In this document: in pieces, positions 39,107-48,700 of the stretch
How positions within the stretch are numbered: the first letter of the stretch is position 1
Layout: each line of letters starts with the position of its first letter
NCBI GenBank assembly: GCA_947478395.1
Contig: CANJVR010000004.1
Span: forward strand, 32,001 to 96,000
DNA: 64,000 nucleotides
Direction of reading: 5' to 3'
Source: Opitutia bacterium
GTDB lineage: Bacteria > Verrucomicrobiota > Verrucomicrobiia > Opitutales > Opitutaceae
Made by a program: the position numbers and the translations under genes
The notes under the pieces: model-generated
The model's database searches: none
What the model saw: the letters and a program-made list of their open reading frames with translations, nothing else
Told to the model about the DNA's origin: nothing

Positions 39107-39176
39107 GTAGCGGCAGACGTCCGGCCGGCCGAAACGAGGGCACCGAACCCGGCCGGCAGGGACGCCTGGCCGCTAC
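39107..39176. repeat. REP doublet-like element (family B)
   Basis: GTAGCGGC...GCCGCTAC perfect 8-bp termini with longer imperfect arms; between convergent genes. Confidence 0.7.
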
Positions 39177-39199
39177 GGCAATATCGACTGCGCTACGGG

Positions 39200-39610
39200 T
39201 CAACCCGCCTGGCCGAAAATTCTCCCCATCACCGCGACCACTGACGGTGGCGGTCTCACGGGCCGTCCCTTCAGGTCGACGAACGCGTGAATGCTGTACC
39301 CGGTTGCGAGCAATTCCTGATCGCGGAAAACTTCATACTCGAGCCGGATGCGCAGCAGCGGTTTTTCGTTCATGGTCGTGACAACCGTGAGCGTGTCGTC
39401 GTAAACCGCGGGCTTCGCATATTTCGCGGAGATCTCCAGCACCGGCAGACGATAGCCCTCGGTCTCAAGCTGGCGGTAGGGCACGCCGATTTCCTTCAGA
39501 AGCGTGGTGCGCCCGATTTCGAACCACGGCAGATAATTCGCGTGGTAAACGATGCCCATCATGTCGGTCTCGGCGTAGCGGACCGTGACCTGCGCGCGTG
39601 ATTGGATCAT
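39200..39610 (-). CDS. Acyl-CoA thioesterase (YbgC/FadM family)
   Basis: VRYAETDMMGIVYHANYLPWFEIGRT. Confidence 0.92.
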   Translation of the reverse strand: MIQSRAQVTVRYAETDMMGIVYHANYLPWFEIGRTTLLKEIGVPYRQLETEGYRLPVLEISAKYAKPAVYDDTLTVVTTMNEKPLLRIRLEYEVFRDQELLATGYSIHAFVDLKGRPVRPPPSVVAVMGRIFGQAG

Positions 39611-40770
39611 GCGCCCTCGTCGGAGTCGGGGTCGGGCTGAAACAGCGCGGTGGCGGATTCTTTCCAGCAGTTGCGTCCGGCCCATTCGTGGCCGGCGGTG
39701 CCGAGGCGGTGGCGGAGGAGCGGATCGTGAACGAGTTTTTCGAATGCCGCGGCGAGCTGGGCCGGACGGTGGGGCGGAACCAGAAGACCGGTGACGTTAT
39801 CGACGACGGCTTCGGAAACTCCGCCCACATCGTGAGCGACGACCGGCAGGCTGTGGGCGGCCGCTTCGAGATAGACGAGGCCGAAGCCCTCGATGCTTTG
39901 GCCATGATTCACGCTGGTCATCGCAAAAATATCGGCGCTTTCGTAGATATGCGCGAGTTCGTCGTCCGGGATATTTCCGAGAAATTTAACCGCCAAGTCG
40001 GGTGTGGCGGCAGCAGCCGCACGGAGGTTCGACTCGTAGCGTCCCTTGCCGGGACCGCCGACGATCCAGTATTCGAGTCGGGCGCGGATGGCGGCGGGGA
40101 GCATTTGCAAAGCCTCCAGCGTGAGGAGCTGGCCTTTGCGCGGATGCAGGCGACCGACCGTGAGAATGATGATTTTGTCCTTGGTCGCCACGGGGCGTGG
40201 AGGCACCACGACGAAATCTGAGCGGAGGGCGCCGGGCGTGAGAAAAATTTTGTTGGCCGCTTCTGGAAAATGCGTGAGCAGCAGCTCCTGGGTGTAGTTG
40301 CTAAGCGTGCTGATGCGCGCGGCGTGATTCACCAGTCGGCGCGCGAGCGCGCGCCGGATGGGACTGCTCGAGAACCTCAGAATCTCAGAACCGTGAAATG
40401 TCAGGATGAGCCGGTGCGGACGGAAGGCGCGGAAGAACTGGAGCAGCATCATCGTTAGCATCGGACCTGGCTCCGGCAGATATACGGTCGCGTAGCGTAG
40501 CTGGCGCCGCGCGCGAATCAGTTCGCGCGCCAAACTGATCTGGCACCAGAGATCGTGCGTGCCTTTGAGGGGCAGGCGGCGCAGACGGAACGGCCACGCT
40601 TTTTCTTCGAACGGTGCGGCGGATTGCGCCCAGACCTCCACATCGTGGCCGAGACTGGCGGCGGCCTTGGCGATTTCCTCCGTGAAGGTCGCGATACCCC
40701 CGCGCACCGGATAAAACTCATGGGTGATGAGAAAAACCGGGGACGTGGCGGCGGAGGAAGGGTCGCTCAT
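39607..40770 (-). CDS. Glycosyltransferase family 4
   Basis: EFYPVRGGI, TVGRLHPRKG, EGFGLVYLEA, GGVSEAV. Confidence 0.92.
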   Translation of the reverse strand: MSDPSSAATSPVFLITHEFYPVRGGIATFTEEIAKAAASLGHDVEVWAQSAAPFEEKAWPFRLRRLPLKGTHDLWCQISLARELIRARRQLRYATVYLPEPGPMLTMMLLQFFRAFRPHRLILTFHGSEILRFSSSPIRRALARRLVNHAARISTLSNYTQELLLTHFPEAANKIFLTPGALRSDFVVVPPRPVATKDKIIILTVGRLHPRKGQLLTLEALQMLPAAIRARLEYWIVGGPGKGRYESNLRAAAAATPDLAVKFLGNIPDDELAHIYESADIFAMTSVNHGQSIEGFGLVYLEAAAHSLPVVAHDVGGVSEAVVDNVTGLLVPPHRPAQLAAAFEKLVHDPLLRHRLGTAGHEWAGRNCWKESATALFQPDPDSDEGA

Positions 40771-40986
40771 TCTGGGTGGTGAGGAGGCGCTCGGGCGGAG
40801 AATCGCGCCAAGACCGCAGGAGTTAGGTGGGCGGAGTGAGCCTGACAAGCGCGATGATTGCAGTGCTCGTTGAGCCGGCGATGTTCCGGGGGACGGTAAC
40901 CAGCGCCGGCGTCGTCGCACCAACCCGACAGCTCGTTCGAGAAATTGGGTTTACTTTCCGCTTCTCGAACCTAGAAAAAACCAACA

Positions 40987-41964
40987 ATGCCAGAAGCAGC
41001 TCAACCCGGCCCCGGCGGGAATAAAACATTTGTCGCTCTAGCAAAGCCATTTGCGCCAGAGGATGAAGTCGCGCTGCGCGAGGCGTTGAAGCGTTGTTCG
41101 CCGTCTGCGTTTGAATCCGCCGTGCAATATCGGAAAACCGGCAACCCGGAGCACGTTCCGGCGGTGGTGATCGGTATCATCGAGCGATTCGTCGAACCTG
41201 ACCTGAGGATGAAGCTGAAGGATGCGGACGACGATCTGCGCCTGATCGAGGATCTCGGCATCGATTCGCTGACCATGATGGAAATCGTGATCCTCGTCGA
41301 AGATGTGCTCCAGATGTCGATCAACAATGACGAGCTGCGCAATCTGCGCACCGTGGGCGACGTGAAGACGTTTATCGACTGCAAGATTCGTGGTCTCACG
41401 CTGCCGAAGCCCACCAAATTCCTCCCTATCGAACAGATTGTGGCCGTGATGCCGATTCAGCCCCCGTTCCTGTTCTTGAATGAAGCCTCCGTGAGTTCCA
41501 GCGGTGCTAACGGCAAATACAAGATTTCCGGCCAGGAGTTTTTCCTGCAGGGTCACTTCAAGGATAACCCCGTGCTGCCCGCGTCGATCATGCTGGAAGC
41601 GTTGGGCCAGCTGGCGGTTTTGTATTTGCTTGAGGGCGCCGCGCCGGAACCAGGCAAGGTGATCAGTGCGTCGCTGATTTATTTTACGGGCTGCGAGGGC
41701 GTTCGGGCCCACCGCAAATGTGTACCGGGTGATATTCTTACTTTGTCGATTAAGCCGAAGCGTATGAAGATGCCCCTCGCGACGTTTGAGGGTATGATTC
41801 GAGTGGGGCAGGAGAAGGCCGCGATCGCGGAAGAAATCACGCTCACCTTCGGCTATGCCGAAGCGGCGATGCCGCCGCCAGCTGCGATCAAGGGCCACGA
41901 CACCCCTGCTTCCGTGCAGGGCGATTCCAGGCCTGCTCCCTTGCGGGTGGCGTTGAAGGCCTGA
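40987..41964 (+). CDS. Fusion: helical N-domain + acyl carrier protein + FabA/FabZ-like dehydratase
   Basis: EDLGIDSLTMMEI phosphopantetheine site; PPFLF, FFLQGHFKDNPVLPA..LEALGQ. Confidence 0.88.
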   Translation: MPEAAQPGPGGNKTFVALAKPFAPEDEVALREALKRCSPSAFESAVQYRKTGNPEHVPAVVIGIIERFVEPDLRMKLKDADDDLRLIEDLGIDSLTMMEIVILVEDVLQMSINNDELRNLRTVGDVKTFIDCKIRGLTLPKPTKFLPIEQIVAVMPIQPPFLFLNEASVSSSGANGKYKISGQEFFLQGHFKDNPVLPASIMLEALGQLAVLYLLEGAAPEPGKVISASLIYFTGCEGVRAHRKCVPGDILTLSIKPKRMKMPLATFEGMIRVGQEKAAIAEEITLTFGYAEAAMPPPAAIKGHDTPASVQGDSRPAPLRVALKA

Positions 41965-42165
41965 CGCTGCCGGGCGTTGGTTCGTTATTTTGGAGGGGAT
42001 ATCCCTCCCGTCTCCCCCGGATTCACCCCCGTCTGCGTCGCATTAATACCGTAGCGGGCCCGAATCTCTCGCGTTGACCGGGGTGGTTGGAGTGCCGATG
42101 GTGCAGCGAAATTTCCTGACACGGATGGCGTTCCCTTGCTCTTCCGTTGTCCTACCTTGTACCGC

Positions 42166-43425
42166 ATGCCCAGAGTTTTTATCACCGGCCTTGGTTTCAT
42201 CACCAGCATTGGCAACGATGGCGAAACCGTCACCCGCAACTTGTGCGAATTGCGTCACGGCATTGAACTTTACCCGCCGTTTCAATCCGAAGAAGTGCCC
42301 GTCAAGGTCGCGGCGCCCGTGCGCGGTTTTTCCACCGACTCCGCTGATCCCGAGGACTGGACGTTTCCCCCCGGCTACAACATCCGCCGAGAGGTGTTGA
42401 GGGGCATGGCACCGCACGGGGTGTACGCGTGGTGCGCGATGCAGCAGGCGATCAGGGATGCGAAGTTGAACGACGTCGATGTTTCCAATCGCGATACCGG
42501 CCTCTACGCCGCCTCCGGCGGGTCGCCTTTCCTCATGGGGCACATGCTCGACCGGATGCACCATCAGGGCGTGATGCGCTGCTCGCCGCTCGGCATCGTG
42601 GCTTCCATTTCCGGTACCGTGCAGTTCAACTTGGTCGCCCATTTCAAAATCAAAGGCTCGTCCTGCGGCTTCGCCTCGGCGTGTGCGTCGTCGTCCCACG
42701 CCTTGGGCTTCGCCTATGACGACCTCGTCTTGGGCCGTCAGAAACGCATGTTCGTGGTCGGTGGGGAAGACGGTAACATGGACGCAATTCTGCCGTTTGC
42801 CTCGATGCGCGCCCTCTCGCTTTCCACCAACCCGGATACCGCTTCGCGTCCGTTCGACACGGGCCGTGACGGGTTTGTGGGCACCGGCGGCGGCGTGGTG
42901 CTGGTGCTCGAGACCGAAGATGAAGTCGCCCGTCGCGGCGTGAAACCTTACTGCGAAGTTGTTGGCTGGGGGCAGGCCTCCGACGGACATAACGTAGCGA
43001 TCTCGCATCCTGAGGGCCACGGGCTGCGCGCCGCCATGCTCAACGCGCTCAAGGCGACGGGCACGGCTCCAGAATCGGTTGGCTACGTGAACGCGCACGC
43101 CACCTCGACGCCGATCGGCGACGCCTCCGAAGTCCAGGCGCTGAAGTCCGTTTTTCCAGGGCCGTCGCGGCCAGCTGTTAGCAGTACAAAAGCCCTGACC
43201 GGTCACGGACTGTCGCTCGCCGGCGCGATGGAGAGCGCGTTTTGTGCGCTGGCGCTGCGCGATGGATTCATCCCGGGCTCGGCTAATATTGCCCAGCTCG
43301 ATCCGGTTTGCGATGGGCTGAATATTCCCCGCTCCACGCTGCCCGTGCAGCCACGGGTCGTGATGAATAATGTGAGTGGCTTTGGCGGCGCCAACGTGAG
43401 TCTGATTTTTCGGCAGGCTTCCTAA
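42166..43425 (+). CDS. Beta-ketoacyl-ACP synthase (FabB/FabF family)
   Basis: SACASSSHA, SRPFD..RDGFV, NAHATST, SSTKALTGH, GFGGAN. Confidence 0.93.
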   Translation: MPRVFITGLGFITSIGNDGETVTRNLCELRHGIELYPPFQSEEVPVKVAAPVRGFSTDSADPEDWTFPPGYNIRREVLRGMAPHGVYAWCAMQQAIRDAKLNDVDVSNRDTGLYAASGGSPFLMGHMLDRMHHQGVMRCSPLGIVASISGTVQFNLVAHFKIKGSSCGFASACASSSHALGFAYDDLVLGRQKRMFVVGGEDGNMDAILPFASMRALSLSTNPDTASRPFDTGRDGFVGTGGGVVLVLETEDEVARRGVKPYCEVVGWGQASDGHNVAISHPEGHGLRAAMLNALKATGTAPESVGYVNAHATSTPIGDASEVQALKSVFPGPSRPAVSSTKALTGHGLSLAGAMESAFCALALRDGFIPGSANIAQLDPVCDGLNIPRSTLPVQPRVVMNNVSGFGGANVSLIFRQAS

Positions 43426-43426
43426 C

Positions 43427-44263
43427 GTGGCTGCTCCCCGTCTCTCCGCGCATTATCGTACCGCCTTTATCACCGGTGCGAGCACCGGTCTGGGGCGCGC
43501 GTTCGCCGAGATGTTGCTGGCCGAGGGCGTGCGCGTGTGGGGCACTTCTCGCGATCTCAGCCGGCTTGAACCGATTGAAAAGGCGTACCGGGAAAATTTT
43601 TTCGCGGTCGCTTTGGATCTGCGCGATGGCGCGAAAGCGGAAGCGGTTTTTGCCGCGGCCGACGCCGCTGCGGGCGGTTTCGATCTGGTGATCAACAATG
43701 CTGGCTACGGAGTGTATGCTGATTTTGGACGGGCCGATTTCTCAGAGTGGCGCGAGCAACTCGAGGTGATGCTGCTGAACCCGGCACGACTCACGCACGC
43801 CGCCTTGCGCGGCATGCGTGCGAGAAATCGCGGCGCACTGGTCAACGTGTCCTCCCTCGCAGTCGAATTCCCCCTGCCATTCCAGAGCGCTTACAACATG
43901 GCCAAGTCGGGGCTCTCGGCGCTCAACGAGAGTCTCATGCTCGAACTCGCTGGGAGCGGAGTAATCGTGATCGATCTGCGGCCGGGCGATTATCGCACCG
44001 ATTTTGAGGGCTCGGTCCGGCGTCCGACCGACGAGAACTCGAGCCGCATGGCCCGCGGTTGGAAGGCGTTTGAACGCATGATGCGCTCGGGTCCTTCGCC
44101 CACGCACGCCGCCGACGCGTTGCGTCGGGCGCTGCAGCGCGGGCGCAGCGACACGGTGCGTTGCGGCCGGTTCTTTCAGGCGGTGATCGCGCCTTTCATC
44201 GCACGCATTGGATCGCTGCGTTTGCGACGGGCGATTCAGGCGCGGTACTTCGACGTAGTATGA
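43427..44263 (+). CDS. Short-chain dehydrogenase/reductase
   Basis: TGASTGLG, NNAGYG, NVSS, YNMAK. Confidence 0.9.
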   Translation: MAAPRLSAHYRTAFITGASTGLGRAFAEMLLAEGVRVWGTSRDLSRLEPIEKAYRENFFAVALDLRDGAKAEAVFAAADAAAGGFDLVINNAGYGVYADFGRADFSEWREQLEVMLLNPARLTHAALRGMRARNRGALVNVSSLAVEFPLPFQSAYNMAKSGLSALNESLMLELAGSGVIVIDLRPGDYRTDFEGSVRRPTDENSSRMARGWKAFERMMRSGPSPTHAADALRRALQRGRSDTVRCGRFFQAVIAPFIARIGSLRLRRAIQARYFDVV

Positions 44264-44338
44264 GAGCACCGTTTCCTGCAAAATCCCTCGCGGTGAACCG
44301 CGGATCGGTTTGGAGTTAGTTTCTCTGCCTTTCGTTTC

Positions 44339-45574
44339 ATGTCGAAAATCCGCATTTTGATTCTCACTTCCAGCACCGGCGGCGGTCACGATGCCCGCGC
44401 GGAGGCTTTTGCGGAGTGGTGCTTTCAACTTTACCGGCACGAGGTCGACGTGCGGATCGAGCAGATGCTTGAAAAATCCTCGGCGGTGAACCGGGCGGGC
44501 GTGAATTTCTATAACCGGATCCAGCGCGCCGCCCCATGGGTCCACAAGGGATTCTACGCCTTCGTCGAATTACTCAGTTATCTGAACCAGCGCGATGTCA
44601 CCTTTGGTCGCAGTTTTTATCTCGATGTGTTGAAGGAGTACCGGCCCCACCTCATCCTGAGCGTGCACGATTGCTTGAATCGCGGGTACTTTCAGCTGGC
44701 CCGTGAAGCACTCGGGGCCGAGAAGGTGCGCTGCGTGACTTATTGCGGCGAGTTCTCTGGCGGCTGGGGCTACTCGCGCAACTGGATCGAACCAACGGTT
44801 GATCTTTATTTTTCGCGCACACCCACTGCTCGCGACTACGCGATAAAGAAGGGCATTCCGGCGGAAAAGTCGCGGGTGCGCGGGCATCTGATGTCGCCCC
44901 GCGCGCTGATCGAAGTGATTTCGCCCGGTGAGCGGGGCGCGTTTCGCGAGAAACGTCTCGGCCTCCGGCCCGACCTCTTCACCGTCTTTCTCGCCACGGG
45001 TAGCAATGGGGCTAACCACCACATGGAATTGCTGCCGACGTTGGTGAAATACGCGGACCGCGTGCAGGCCATCGTCATCTGCGGCCGCAACAAGGAGACG
45101 TACAACGAACTCCTCCACTGGCGCGCCAACCACCCGGAGTTCAATTGTTACCTCGAGGGTTACTCTGATGTGGTGCACCTCCTGATGCAGGCGAGCGATG
45201 CGATCGTGACGCGTGGTGGTACGACGACGTGTGCGAAGGCGTTGCATTTCTGCTGCCCGATTATTTTCAACGCGTTCCAAGGTATCATGCCGCAAGAGGA
45301 GCTCACTTGGAAATTTTTTCATAACGGCGCCGCCTCGGAGAAAATCGAGAGCGTCACGGATTTCACCCGGATCATCGATTCGTGGATGACGGACCCGTCG
45401 ACCTATGACGTGGTAAAGAAAAATTTTCTCAATCTGCGCTACGAGGAGGATCCGACCCTGCTCATCGACGAAGTGATCAATCTAGCAAACGAAGTCGCTC
45501 TAGCGAAATTGAAACGCCGGGTCTTTCCGCCCGTGGCGAACGGCACCGCGAACGGCGTCAAGTTTCTCGGGTGA
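44339..45574 (+). CDS. MGDG synthase/UgtP-like diacylglycerol glycosyltransferase (GT28)
   Basis: ILTSSTGGGH..AEA, ICGRN, LMQASDAIVTRGG..T, PQEE. Confidence 0.8.
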   Translation: MSKIRILILTSSTGGGHDARAEAFAEWCFQLYRHEVDVRIEQMLEKSSAVNRAGVNFYNRIQRAAPWVHKGFYAFVELLSYLNQRDVTFGRSFYLDVLKEYRPHLILSVHDCLNRGYFQLAREALGAEKVRCVTYCGEFSGGWGYSRNWIEPTVDLYFSRTPTARDYAIKKGIPAEKSRVRGHLMSPRALIEVISPGERGAFREKRLGLRPDLFTVFLATGSNGANHHMELLPTLVKYADRVQAIVICGRNKETYNELLHWRANHPEFNCYLEGYSDVVHLLMQASDAIVTRGGTTTCAKALHFCCPIIFNAFQGIMPQEELTWKFFHNGAASEKIESVTDFTRIIDSWMTDPSTYDVVKKNFLNLRYEEDPTLLIDEVINLANEVALAKLKRRVFPPVANGTANGVKFLG

Positions 45575-45742
45575 GCGGGTGGGGCGCGGTCTGATCGGCG
45601 TCGAGTTCCGCTCAAATCGGATCGATCGCCGCGCCCAATTTTCCCGGTGCCTCAGGTCGAGGGTGAGCTGATAACATCGGAGCGCGAGGTCGGGGTCGAA
45701 GCGATCGCTGTCGGCCCGCCCTGCGTTTTCCCGTGTTGTTAA

Positions 45743-48700
45743 CTATGGCAAACGCACGACGTCGTTCAAAGCGGTGATTTCATCGAGGCCCGCGCCGGGC
45801 TCGATCTCGATGGTGCCACCCGCGAAGTTGGCTCCGGCGGGAAGCGTGAGCGTGATGGACGCTGACTTCGGTTGCAGATCGAGCGGAGCCGCGAGGGCCG
45901 GAGTCGAGACCCGGGCGAGAATCTCACCTTGGCGGGACTTGGCGACAACGTGGGCGGCTGGCGCGGTTGCCGCGCCCACGTTGTGGACCTTCACCGCAAT
46001 TTCGCGGTCGCGAACGACGACATCCTCCGGATCGATGCCCAAGTCGGGACGCTGCCAGTAGGGCGTACCGGCGGCTTTGAGTTGGAAGGTGAAGATGGTC
46101 GTCTTCCGGGGCGCGAGGATCAGGTCGACCGAGCGGGAGCGCTCCAGCGGGAGGGTGCGTGCGGTGACAGCATCGTCCGCGATATCGTCGTTGTTGGTGT
46201 CGACCCCCTCGGTGAGTTCCCAAATACCAGGATCGATGTTCCACCCCGTCATCGTGGCTCGGACGGCGGTCGTTTCGAGATTGTACGCGATGACTTTGAA
46301 ATGAGCCGCGGTTGCATCGGGGATCAGGAGCGCGACGCTTTTGGCGTTGGCGGGGGCGGCGAATTTCCAGCTGACGGCATGGCCGGGATAGAGGGCGTTG
46401 CGCGCCAAGGCGACGCCGCCGAGACGCGCGCGCTGGAGTTCGGCCGTCGGTGCGCTGACGCGGTCAATCCACAGGCTGCCCTCGGTGTTGATGTATTCGA
46501 GTTGGGCGCACTCCTCTATTTGCGTGGCGTAAAGTTTCTCGAGCTGGGCTTTGTCGCCGCCGAGTTGCCAGGCGAAGTGCGTGAGCGACGACGTGCGGCC
46601 GCTGGCGCTGGGGGAGGGAACTCGACCGTCGGGCCGGCGCGTTTCCGTGGGCGATGCGGTCTCGCCGGCGAGCAGGCGCGCGCCCCAGTCTTTGCGCAGA
46701 TCGAGCAAGTCGAGCACGTTCGCGTTCACGGCGGCAAGCGAGCCGAGTCCGCCGTCGGTAAGCGGCGTGAGGTAGTGGCGGTCGCCGGTCCATTTCCAGG
46801 CGCCCCAAAACACGTGCCAGGGAAAATAGCCGCGTGTGGTTTCGACTTCCCGATCGTCGCCGAAGCGAATCGCGCTCGGCGCCCACGGTCCGGTGGAGCC
46901 GGGCGCACGATGGGCGAGCAAGCCATCGGCGAGCTCGAGCATGTATTTCTTGGCCACGGGGCTGCCGTTGTAGTCGACGAGCAGCTGGCCGGGTTGCAGG
47001 ACGAGGAATGAATAAGGTTTCGTCCGGCCCCACGGCTCTTCCTCGGCGATTCTCGTGCCGCTGTAGTACGACGAGCGGAAATGACGGTGACCGGCGGCAT
47101 TAACGCCGGTGACCGTTTCGACGCCGCGGGCGGTTTCCATCGTGCGCTCGAGCTGGCGGGGGCTGCCGAATTCGAGGAGCAGATTTTGCGCGAGGCAGTT
47201 GATGCCTTCCTCGTAGCTGTGAAGTTCGTCGGCCTGAATGGTCGGCAGACCGCGGGTGAACATCCCGTTTTTGAACGCGGCTTCAAGAAGCGCGTGCAGC
47301 GAGGCCCGAATTTTTTCCGGCTCGGCGCCCATGAGCGCGAGCCCGGGCCAGAGGTTGGTGAGGTCGACATCGTCGGAGATGCCGCCGCCAAAATCGCCGA
47401 AGGCCGACTGGCGGTGATCGATGTACCAGGTGACGAATTTTTCCACGCGACGCAGCAACTCGGTCTGGCGAAACGCCCAGAGCGGCACGCCGGCCGGCGC
47501 GGCGGGTTGGTTGAATTCGGGCCGTGCGGCGGGTACGCCGGCGGCGAGGGCGTATTTGAGGCCGAGCTCGTGGGTGGGATTGACGCGAAGCAGGTCGTTG
47601 AGGTCGGCCTCGAAGCGGACCCAGAGGGCCAGCTTCGGACTTTTCGGATGTTCCTCCACGAGCATCGCGTAGCTGTCGCGGGCTTGAGTGAAACGATCGA
47701 GTTCGTGTTCCGCGCGGGCGGCTTCACGCGGTTTGAAGACGAGACGGAGTTTTGCGCCGTCGAGCGAGGCTTCGCCAAAACCTTCTCCCGCGCCGGCCAG
47801 CGTGAGGTAAAGCGGTTTGCCGGCGGGCAGCAGGCGATCGCGCAAGTCGAGCCAAAGCGTTTTGGCTTCGCCCGGCTTCACGCTGAAAGTGAAGTCCATG
47901 AGGTTGCGCAGCGGCCAGAGCGGATCCTTGACCTGGATATTAATGGGGAAAAGTGCGCCGTGCGTGGCCTTCACGGGCTGGGCCGGAAGATCGATCGCGA
48001 TGCCATCGAGACCATCAGAAAGATGGTCCCAAGAATTGGGTACGATGACGTGCACGAGGGGAAGCGAACCGGTCGTGCGATGTGCGCCCGCCAAGGGCTG
48101 CGCGTTGGCGTAGAGTGTTCCGCGCTCGTACTCGGGATAGCGGTCATGGATGAATTTCTCCAGGCCACGCACGGCGGGGTCGTCGGGCCGAGCCGTCGCC
48201 AGCTGAAGTTGGAACGCGAGGACCTTGCTGCCCGCCGGTTCACGTCCGGCGGTGACGTTGTAAATGGAAAGTTCGTCGATGGGCTGCTCTTGGTTGGTGT
48301 TCGTGAAGCGAATTTGGCGGCCGGTGATGGACCGCGGAAGAATGTGGGTGGTTTTTTCCTGACCTTGCGGGCGGTTGAAGAGGGTCGATTCCGCTTTAGC
48401 TTCACTTGCGGTTTCGAGGCCGGTTCCGGCGGGTAGCAGCTCCATTTTTCCGAAAGCGGAGCCGGCGATTTCGACGTGGTTCCACGGTTCGGACGGCAGG
48501 CCGAAGGTGATGGCTTTGCCCGAGTCGACGTAGCAATCCCAGTCCGGGAGCGTGAAATAATCGAGGCGACCCGGCAGCCGTGAACGGTTGTACACGCCGG
48601 GCCACGTGGTTTCGCGGATGCCGTCGTTCGCCTTCCACCACCAGCGCTTCAAATCATAGGCGTCGGTGATTTCAACTTTGCGGACGGTGATGGCGGTTCC

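Noticed and set aside
42043..43206. 387-aa antisense ORF opposite the ketoacyl synthase (likewise 9262-10614, 25693-26982, 47081-48436 and others)
   Set aside because: Shadow ORFs expected from high-GC codon bias; they overlap well-supported genes and show no family motifs.
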